DNA from: the human T2T-CHM13v2.0 reference genome, Homo sapiens | Length of the DNA stretch: 64,000 bases | Strand: one strand, 5' to 3' | Assembly: GCF_009914755.1 (NCBI RefSeq) | Contig: NC_060928.1 | Shown: positions 50,574-64,000 of the stretch, one piece after another | Layout of the letters: each line of letters starts with the position of its first letter | Numbering within the stretch: position 1 is the first letter of the stretch | Program-made: the position numbers and the translations under genes | The notes under the pieces: model-generated | The model's database searches: none | Told to the model about the DNA's origin: nothing | What the model saw: only the letters and a program-made list of their open reading frames with translations

Positions 50574-51505
50574 TGCTGCCTTTTTCAAGATAAATAACAA
50601 AATATTATTATATTACTTTACCTTACCTAACCTTTCCTTACCTTACATTGTGTAATATCACATCATATTAGCTACTTACTTTTTTGGGAAATAAACCATG
50701 TATTCAGAGTTTTTTCTGACAAATTATTTACTTTATGGGAAAAAGTGTGTATATGCTGAGTATAATCTTTTAGAACTTCTACATTTCCATTTCATTTTTG
50801 TCATGATCTGTGGAACTTCAAAGAAAGATGGAATCAGAATACAGGACAACATTGTTTTTTAATGTCAATGTCATGTATGTCATTAGTGTTTTTGAAATAT
50901 ACAAGAATGAACTGGATTTTCTACATCCAGCATAGCAGAAAGAACTCTGAAAATGTGATCCTCCAGAAAAGAAAAAGAAAGAAAGAAAAAAAAAAGGCAC
51001 TGGCAAAAACTGTTCAATTAAACCTTTTCAAAACTTTGGAAATTAACCCTGCTTGTACCAATCCAAGACATGTTGTTTCAAGAATAACTGGCTGCATCTC
51101 AGTGTTCTCCACTAAATTTAGCTACTTGAGGACAACCCCTAAGGGTTATTTGCTTTTGTGTCTCCATCATCTCACACAGCTACTGCTATATAGCTTATGT
51201 TCAGTCAGTATTTCTGGAATGATGAAGGCTCATCCAAGCCTCTTACAGAGAGACTTCCCAAGCCCTGCAAGTCAGTGATGACTGTCTTCAGCATGCACAG
51301 CACTCAGCAAACCCTTATAGAACATCTACAGAAAGAAGACTTCTCTGTGGGGCCATGCTTGCAACCCCCTCCTGTGGTTTTTTCACTTCGTCCCATAACT
51401 GATCCACCTCTCTACTCCCCATTGCCATAAGCAATCTACCTAAAAACTAAATATGACCAGGCAATTGCCTTTTTTTTTTTTCAAATAAATATCTTGGCTA
51501 GTAAG

Positions 51506-51867
51506 TGTCTTAGCCAGTTTTGGCTGCTATAACAAAATATCATGACTTGGTGGTTGCAACAACAGAAATGTATTTCTCACAGTTCTGGAGGCTGAGAAGT
51601 CCAAGATCAATGCTGGTAGATCTGATGTCTGGTGAGGGTCAGCTCCCTGGTTTGCAAATAGTCATCTTTTCATCATTTCCTTACATGGCAGAGAGCAGAG
51701 AGCATCTTTCTTTTGTGTCTTCTTTTAAAGACATAATCCCATTCACAATGGCTCCAGCCTTATTACCTAATCACTTCCCAAAGGTCCCACCTCTCAAAAC
51801 CATCACATGAGATGTTAGGATTTCAACATATGAATTTGGAGGAAACACAAGCATTCAGTCCACAATG
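51506..51867 (-). mobile_element. MLT1A0-like MaLR solo LTR
   Basis: ggctgctataacaaaata...tttctcacagttctggaggctg..aagtccaagatc...cctaatcacttcccaaagg...cattcagtcca; TSD gtaag/gtaac. Confidence 0.92.
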
Positions 51868-53264
51868 GTAACTTTTTATTTTTGTAATTTTTCTGGCTTT
51901 AACACCCAAAGATGGCATAACTATTCTTTACAATGCTTTTGGAAAGCAATTTAACAATATCATAATTGACTCAGTCATTTCAGCCGCTCATGAAAATCTA
52001 TTTTAAAGAATAAACATCAATGGAAAATAACAATATAAACAACAACAAAAATAATCAGAAGGCAAAATATGTAACAATCAAATTTGGTTTTGATGTTTTA
52101 GCAGCCTCCTATGGAAATTTTGGAGATGGTATATTATATATTACCAGATAAATAAAAAGATGTACATTCCCTAAAGTCTCTCTTATTCTTCTGGTAGCTT
52201 ATCTTAAAGTCTTTATGGAAAGTTTCATAATAACCACTCAGGATATTTAAAGAAAAATATAACAGCTAGGACAAATAGAATTATCAGGTTTATAGTGGAT
52301 CTAAAAGCAAATGGTATTTGGTATACAGAATTACTGAAGATGTAATAGAAATTTCCTCTGGGAATATGGCTTGATTTGTTTCTTATTTGTTGAGGGAGAA
52401 AATCTCCTTGCCTCATTTTGCCTGGCTTGTTTGTAATATTTACTGCTGCAAATTGAATTTTGCATCATGCTTACATGCAAACCATCTCTAAGCTTTTCAG
52501 TTTTTCCTTCTAATTACTTTTAGATTTAGATTCTCTATATAAAAATCTGCATCTCAAACTATGTTTTCCTCTCTCAAGAATGATTATATCTTTCATGTCT
52601 TATCTGCCTCTTTCTCTCTGATTTTCCTTTTAAAGTCATATCTATCATTATATTTAGTAACATTTTAAGAATAGTTTACTTTCAAAAATCATTTTAGTAT
52701 GATATGTTAATATCATTTTCTGTACATTCTGTTTGAAGGAAAGATCATGTCTCATATAAAATAATACACTCATATTTGCATGTGATAGGTCTAAAACTGG
52801 TTTACTGGGTTAAGTAAAACGCTAGAACTTGTATGACATTATATTGTGAAGCATATTGAAATATTAAGCTAAGTAACATTACCGTAAGTGATGTCCCACT
52901 GATGTTCATTGTTTCAAGTAAATCTTTTCCACTCCTATACAAATTGTATCGCTAAAAAAAATAAAAACAACACTCTCAATGTGTTGTAAATCATAAGAAA
53001 TATTTAAAAAATATATATATATGCCATGATTTTTCACCTCCAGGCCTTTGCAGAGGGTACCCTATCTCAGAACACTCCCCATTTTCTGTTTATTTGACAA
53101 GACTCCCGTTTATATTTTAGACTAGGTCAAAAATGTCTTTCTGCGCAGTGTCTTTCCCTAAGCAATTTATTCTCTGTGCTAACTTTGTCATGATTACTAC
53201 ATGGCACTGTGATTTACTTTCTCTAAAAACCTGTCACTCACTTTGTTATACTATTTATTATACA

Positions 53265-53685
53265 GTGACCTAGGCTGGCCTGATGATAGTACTTTATTCC
53301 AGTGGCTACCATGATTGATTCAGAGTTGCCACATAATCCAGCAAAGGTTAATTATCATCTCTCTCTCTCACTTTGAGTGGAAGAAGTTAACTGCATTGCC
53401 TGTTTTATCAAGAGTTTTACCCATCTTCTCTTTTCTGCATGTTGACCAGTAGAACATCCTATTCAGCAAGAGAAAGGAAGGAAATTTCGCATGCAGAGAA
53501 AAAAGAATGTGAGGAAAAGAAGAAAAGTAAAATGCCTGGAGACATCAAGGTCTTTGATTTAAATATTTCCAGAATGTATCCTTATTCTTCATGATTATGC
53601 AAACCCACTAATACTCATTTAGGCTGAAGCTAATTTGAGATAAGTTAATGTCCCGTGGAAATGAAAGATTCCTGACTAATATGCA
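53265..53685 (+). mobile_element. Old MLT1 (K/L-like) LTR remnant
   Basis: tgacctaggctggcc...tgattgattcag; ends aaagattcctgactaata. Confidence 0.5.
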
Positions 53686-56600
53686 TACCTATGTTAAGAT
53701 TAGGATTTAGTTTTAGTGCTGGCAAAACTTAGTTCAGTCAATTAGCAGTTGATTAAAAGCATTTTAACTACATTTTCTGTAGGATTACATTCTATGGCAC
53801 TAAAGCGGAGGGTGTTCTGTTTTACATTTCTTTGAATACTGAGTAGGAGATAAAATTATCCAACTATTCAGGACAGAAGGAAGCTAAAGGGAGAAATATA
53901 TAGTTCAGTACTTAACAATTAGGAGTTCAAATTCCTGGAGGCTAAAATTCTAAAAGAAAAACATCACGAGGAGGAAAAGGAGAGACATCTTCATGCTTCT
54001 TTGGTTTACTCCCTCTCCTTTTGTAATAATGTACATAATAGAGAAGTCCCATTAAAAACCAAATGCCAACAAAGAACACATTAAAGTTGCTGGTATTTTT
54101 AATTAAAATTTCCTAGTTATTGTTGTAGTGAGAAGGCATTTTCAATTTCTTACATAACACTAGCGGATAGGGAGTTACGAATGGTGAAAATCAATTACAT
54201 TTGGTTTACCATATGGAGAGCTAAGTATTTCAGAATTAGTTTTTGCTGGCATATGCACCTTTGTATTTTACAAGGGATCAGGAGAAGATGCATTACATGG
54301 AAGTAAAAAAAAAAAAAAAACAGGGAGCTTTATTGTATCATCCCCTAGTGTCTAGCCAGTTTGAATTCTTCTCAAGTGAGTTGGCATTTTCTTATAGATC
54401 AGTTAACCAAAAACATGTTGTCACAAAAGAGGGACATATCACTAAAGAGTTAATTTGGTTACAGTTGTTCGATTTAATGTTTTGCTCTCTCTTAAAACTT
54501 TGCTTGCCATCCCACAGTAATCGTCCTGCAAGCATGAGCACTGACACTCCAAGGAGACAGCAATCCAGAAACAAATTGAGTATTTATATTAGAAAGGAGG
54601 AAACCAGAGAGACATAGACCTATAGAAGCACATCCACATGGTTGCACACACAAGCTGACTCAGGCATTTTGTTTGTACTTTGTAATAGGTTTTGCACACT
54701 GTGGTTGTCTGGGCAACAGTCAGAGGACAACAGAACTTCACAAATAGTGGAAGTGAAGGTTAGTAGCAAATGTACTATAAATTAAAATTTACTGAGTAAA
54801 ACTGTAATGGCATAAATTTGGCATCTATATAAAACTGTCTTTTTAAGCTGACTCATCTTTTTGTCAGTCAGTCTAGTTCTAAGCATATTGCTGATGTGAT
54901 CGGCCTTTTAATCAACCTGAAAGTGTCTCATTTGTAAAGCGGTAGGGAGGGGAGAGGTTCATCTGAGAAGTCATCTTAGACTATTGACCTGATGCTTTCT
55001 GTATGCTACAAATAGAAGCGAAGTTTCGGATCATCCACTACTATGGCCTTCTATGCTCTATTATCTGTTGTAATCATTTAAATATAGGCTTTATTAAGTA
55101 ACAGAGAAAACGTGTAAGTAATTTCTCCAGTTTACATTTCTCTAGGAGTTGTATTTAGAGCAGATAATACATTGGATCTATCCATATGTAAGAAACATTT
55201 TGATGAACTATATCAAAGCCTTGGGATTGGGTTAATTGTGACATTTGCTGACATTGTGACTTTGAAATCAGCTGAAATTTTACAAAGAAATTTAAAAACT
55301 GAAGAGTTTTAAACCTAATATATTTGGGCATTTTTTGAACACTTTTCTTTTTCTTTCTCTTGTTATTCTGGAAGAGAAAAGATGACTGTTTTCAAAAGAC
55401 ACCTTCTAACTGCCAAATATATTAAGACATACTTGTTGAAGAGCCAGAGTTTGTAAAAGTTAAAAGACATGATAGTTCAGGTTCTGTTACTGAGATGAAA
55501 CTATTATATCTTGAGTCAACGGTAAGATTTTCAAGGGGTTTAGGCCTGAGGCTCTGGTGCCTTTCACTGTTGAGAGTTCTCTAAAATAACCTGAACCTTC
55601 ATATGTCACGATGAAATATATATGCGGGATTCTTTAGTTGACTTTGTGTATATTTGGCCAAGGTTGTTCAAAGGTAAGATCTTGAATAACAAATTTTGTC
55701 TTACATTGTGTTTTTGACCAAAATTAACACAAATACTCCACTTCCAACGTTTCCTGAAGCTCTGTATCAAAAATATCCCACAAATACTAGTTTCCATGAT
55801 TCTTTTTCTATAAAACAAGAATAAAAACATCTTGCCTCTGAGAATTTTTATAATAAGTACCATGTTGAGCAAATTTTCACAGGAAAGTTTTGAATAAAAA
55901 CCTCATCCAGGGAAATAAAAATTCTAGTTTAAAGAAACTTTAGAAGGATGTTAACAGAAAACATGGTAGTTGTGTTACTTGTGATGCAATTGAATCCACA
56001 TCAGTAGCTTATTAATGGGATACTGGATTAATTGACATGACAAGCATATTGAAAGTGCTTATCTTTTCCTGACATGGTATGGTGGTTCTAATTTGGGTAT
56101 AAACCAACTGGATTGTGTGCTATTGGGGTGTAGAAGCAGGGAAGTTGCATTTTGTTGACTCTACTGGCAACCATAAAAAAGTATTGGAATTTCAGCTTGG
56201 TCCTTCTCATATTATATGAGCTGAAATGAGTCTAAAAATGAAAATATCCCACGGCAATCTAATATACATGTCTTTCTCATTTTATATAGTTCATTAAAGC
56301 CTCTATATTTCTTATATAATTATATTATTAAAGTATATTTCTAAAATTCAGTAAAATTAAAAAATACAGCCATTAGGTGGTAAAATAGTTTATAGGCATT
56401 ATCCTGGATTAAATAAACAATAATGTGTTACAATATTCGATAAAATATATTTAAATAGTTATGAAACATGTCCTGAAAGAGGTAATAGTAAGGTGATTAA
56501 CCATCATTTGAGAGACATTGGAGACAACAGAGTCACAAAAGAGAGGAAGAAAAAAGAGGGGAAAGTGCTAAAACACAAAAATGTAAATTAACATTGCAAT

Positions 56601-56708
56601 ACCAAGGACAGTGACAGCACATGAGTTTGGGTTGGAATGGCATATTCATTTATTCATTTACTAAACAAAAATGCAGAATGCCTGTTATATTTCAGGCACT
56701 TCAATAGT

Positions 56709-56903
56709 TAGGATTGTCACATATGATATGAAATGCCCAGTTAAATTTGAATTTTACATAAACAACAAATATGTTTTCAGAGGATATGTGACCCTTACAA
56801 TATTTAGGACACGCTTATACTAAGAACTTACTTTTCTTGTTTATCTAAAAATCACATTTAAGGGGATGTTCTGTATTTTAAATTTGCTAAATCTGGTGAC
56901 CCC
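56709..56903. mobile_element. MER53 palindromic hAT MITE (inserted in an L2 3' end)
   Basis: gcccagttaaatttgaattt..ataaacaac vs ttgtttatct.aaa.tc..atttaa; tttgctaaatctgg..accc end; degenerate TSD caatagtt/aaatagat. Confidence 0.85.
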
Positions 56904-57169
56904 AAATAGATGTGGAGAGAGAACAATAAAAAATACATAATATTTGATGTCAAACAACTTAGAAGCATAGAAATGTATGAAAACAGACAGATGTTTTAAA
57001 TTGCCAAAATTTGTACACCTAAAATATTAATAGAGTGAAATAAAACTTTTTTTAGGGAAATTAAGTGGTTTGACTCACCACCTCAACATTATTTAATCCT
57101 TTCAAGTCAAATCTATTTCTGACCATCCATGCAAACGCTGGTTGCCTTCATCACCCGGTGGAGGTAGTA

Positions 57170-60841
<3,672 letters not shown>

Positions 60842-60909
60842 CTACAAAAAAGTTAACTCATTTTCATGTTAAAATAAACATAGGCACTCAGTTTTGAATG
60901 CTGATTTCA

Positions 60910-60934
60910 ACAGGCGTGAGCCCGTGCGCCCAGC
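60910..60934 (-). mobile_element. Isolated Alu 5'-terminal fragment (~25 nt)
   Basis: Minus strand gctgggcgcacgggctcacgcctgt vs Alu start ggccgggcgcggtggctcacgcctgt. Confidence 0.6.
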
Positions 60935-61064
60935 GACTTTCAAGGTCTCAAAATGACTACTGCAGCTCCAGGCATTGCATACGCATTACTGGAAAAAAAT
61001 AAAAAGAAACTCAAAGCATGTCTCTTTAAGGCATATTAATCATATTTGTGTATGTGCCTCTTAT

Positions 61065-62965
61065 TACTTTTTAGATCAAGGTAAAACTCTTGTTACATAA
61101 AATTCACTATTTTTAAATGTACAGTTCAGTAACTTATAGTGCATTCACAATGTTGTGCGATCATCATCTCTATCTAGTTCTAAAACATTTTCACCATCAC
61201 AAAAGAAAGCCCTGTACCAATTAAGCGGTTACTTCCCAACCCATGGAAAATACTAATCTGTTTTCTATCTCTATGCATTCATCTGTTCTGGATATTTCAT
61301 ACATATAGAATTACATACTTTGTCTTTTGTGTCTAACTTATTTCACTTAGCATAATGTCTTTAAGGTTGAGTCACATTGTGGTATGTATTAGTACTTCAC
61401 TCCTTTTTCTTTTTTTTTTTTTTTTTTTTGACGGAGTCTCACTCTGTGGCCCAGGCTGGATGGAGTGCAGTGGCATGATCTCGGCTCACTGCAAGCTCCG
61501 CCTCCCGGGTTCACGCCATTCTCCTGCCTCAGCCTCCGAGTAGCTGGGACTACGGGCGCCCGCCACCACTCCCAGCTAATTTTTTGTATTTTTAGTAGAG
61601 AGGGCGTTTCACCGTGTTAACCAGGATGGTCTCAATCTCCTGACCTCGTGATCCGCCCGCCTCGGCCTCCTAAAGTGCCGCGATTACAGGCGTGAGCTAC
61701 CGCGTCTGGCCTACTTCACTCCTTTTTTATGACTACCTAAAATTCAATTGTATGGCTATAACCCATTTTTTTTCCATTCATCTGCTGATGGACATTTAAT
61801 GTGTTTCTACCTTTGGGCTATTGAGAATAGTGCTGTTATAATCACTCATACAAGTATTTGTTTAAATACCTGTTTTCAATTTTGGGGGGCTATATACACA
61901 GGAATAGAATTTCTGGCTCATAGATAATTCTATGTTTAACTTTTTGAGCCAGTAACAAACTATTTTCCAAAGAGACTACGACATTTTACATGCCAATCAG
62001 CAATAATGATGGGTATTATTTTTTCACATCTTTGCCGGTTACTGCTATTTTTCATTAAATAATTTATAGCCATGAATGTGAAGTGGTATCTCATTGTGGT
62101 TTTGATTTCCATTATTCTACTAAATAATGATGTTGAGCATCTTTTTATATGTTTGTTAGTCATTTGCATAATTTCTTTGGAGAAATGTTTATTCAAGTCT
62201 TTCACCCATTTTTAAATTGAATTGTCTGCTCTTTTGTTTTTAAGTTGTAAGAGTTCTTTTGTTGTTGAGTTGTAAGAGTTCTTTATGTATTCTGGATATT
62301 AGACACTTATCAGGTATATAATTTTCAAATATTTCTTCCATTTCAAAGGTTGACTTCTTACATCCTCGATATTATCTTTGATACACAAATTTTTTTAATT
62401 TTTATGAAGTCCAATTTAATTTCTATGAAATTGTATAGTTTTAGCAGTTACAATTAGTTGTTTGATGTATTTTGAGTTGATTTGTCTGTTTACTGTAGGA
62501 CAGGCAGCATCCACCTTCAATATTTTACATGTGGATATACAGTTGATCAAACAGCATTTGTTGAAGAGATTCTCCTTTCCCCATTGGCTGGTCTTCGCAT
62601 CCATGATAAAAATCAATTGAACATAGGGCATGGGATTATGTATGGCCTCTCAATTCTATTCCATTATTCTATATGTCTATTATTACACCAACACCCTACT
62701 GTTTATATTACAGTAGCTTTGCAGTAAGCTTTGAAATTGGAAAGTGTTAGTCCTCCAATTTTGATTTTTCTTCAACATTGCAGTGTGTATTCTGGATCTC
62801 TTACAGATCAGCTTTTTTAAATCTGCAACAACAACAACAAAATAACATTTCAAGGTTTTTATTGAGACTGCATTTTGTCTTCTGATCACTTTGGGTAGTA
62901 TTTTCATTTTGTCAATATTAAGTCTCCCAATACATGAACACAGCATGTTTTTCTATGAGACATTA
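61065..62965 (-). mobile_element. L1MB-like element (3'UTR plus ORF2 end)
   Basis: aaattcac.atttttaaatgtacagttcag...ttcacaatgttgtgc; ORF2 peptides [11 protein letters not shown]...TTMRYHFT and WGKENLFNKCC. Confidence 0.9.
61408..61711 (-). mobile_element. AluY nested in L1MB
   Basis: AluY diagnostics, CpG-rich; perfect TSD tacttcactcctttt (61393-61407 / 61712-61726). Confidence 0.97.
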
Positions 62966-62979
62966 TTTTTATTAACTCT

Positions 62980-63155
62980 TTGTCAGCCATTAACATCTAC
63001 ATATCACAGGCCACAGCCATATCATATCCCTGTAACTAACAGGAAACCTTGGAAATTAAGTTCAGCTCTTGCTGCCCTGAAAGTGTCAGGGTTAAGTTAT
63101 AAAGAAGGAATATAAAATTAATATTGAGGAATTGAGTAATTAGCAGTGTCTGCTA
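62980..63155 (-). mobile_element. Old MLT1 (J/K-like) LTR piece
   Basis: Ends tagcagtgtctgctaca; related pieces near 57050-57165 and 60940-61040 (caaaatgactactgcagctccaggcat). Confidence 0.5.
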
Positions 63156-63289
63156 CACCTCATTATGACCAAACTGATGTAGAACTCACAGTTTCCAGTT
63201 TCATAATCATGTTTTTGAATGCATTAAAATTAGACTTTTTAAAAATGAAATTATCTAAAATTGTAGAAAGCTAAGAACCACTCTGTGAA

Positions 63290-63752
63290 GAGCTGTGGCT
63301 GTTACTGGAGCCCCTACACATTGTTCTCATGTCATGAAAGCTGGCTTCTCAGAGTCAACAATTTCAAGAGACAAGAAGTAGGTTTAGCCCTGGAAATTGA
63401 TATAGCATCAATTCTGACACATTCTACTGGGCAAAGGACTCATAAAGCCTGTACATATTGCAGATCGAGAGAAAGAGGGCCCACTGCTAGATAAGAGGAA
63501 TATGAAAAAATTTGTAGCTGTATGCAGACCAATAAAATCTGCACCTGAGCCACAAATTATTTACATTCCTGACACATACAGAATGCCCCATTTCCAAGAC
63601 TCTAAAATGTTTAACCCATTAGTCGAACAGGATTAGGCTTAAGTTCCAAGATCTCATCATATAAATCAGGTTCAGGAATGAATTATATTTCTCAGGGGCA
63701 GTTATTCTTAGCTCTAAAGATCTGTGAACTAAAGAGACAAGTTATCTGCCTG
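63290..63752 (-). mobile_element. MLT1H-like LTR part plus internal sequence
   Basis: cacattctactgggcaaag...gccacaaattatttacattcc...tctgtgaactaaagagacaagttatctgcc. Confidence 0.6.
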
Positions 63753-64000
63753 GAATTATTCTGAGGAATTTATGTAGGATAAAAGAGTCTAGTCACAGAT
63801 GTAATCTTACTTAAAGTTATTTCATACTTTAAGAATCTTTTACGGAAAGAGCCTAGAAATGAGAAAGTTTCATTTTCAAATTTAGAATTTTCTGCTTTTT
63901 AATATTTCTCCTAAATGCTACTCAAAATTGCAACGGTTCTTTTTAAAATTTATCTATCTTTCCCTGGGTTATATCATAGGCAGCTAGTAAAAGTCAGATG

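Noticed and set aside
62243-62284. agttgtaagagttcttt duplicated within the L1MB (similar ~19-bp duplication at ~24547-24584)
   Set aside because: Ordinary small tandem duplications in decayed L1.

Overview
AT-rich primate genomic DNA. AluY and L1PA4-like elements indicate a catarrhine, human-like genome. The window looks intergenic or deep intronic: I found no supportable cellular protein-coding exon, RNA gene or CpG island. Much of it is transposon-derived: 8 Alu copies plus one 25-nt Alu fragment, several L1s (a 3.7-kb 5'-truncated L1PA4-like copy with broken ORF2, L1PA13-like, L1PB, old L1M), L2, MIR, two CR1/L3 reverse-transcriptase fossils, ERVL/MaLR/ERV1 LTRs, and hAT/Tigger MITEs. Subfamily names are by-eye recognition of consensus motifs, not RepeatMasker output. 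I found no new biological system. The most unusual signals are DNA-repair or insertion scars: (i) a ~440-bp patchwork insertion at 1.95-2.39 kb made of a copy of unique sequence from 1.65 kb downstream, a (TA)19 spacer, an inverted copy and nested mini-palindromes; (ii) two further fold-back templated junctions at 30.8 kb and 60.8 kb, the latter joining L1 to unknown filler and an Alu 5' end; (iii) a perfect 77-bp tandem duplication; (iv) a 32-nt mini-Alu with a perfect 16-bp TSD.
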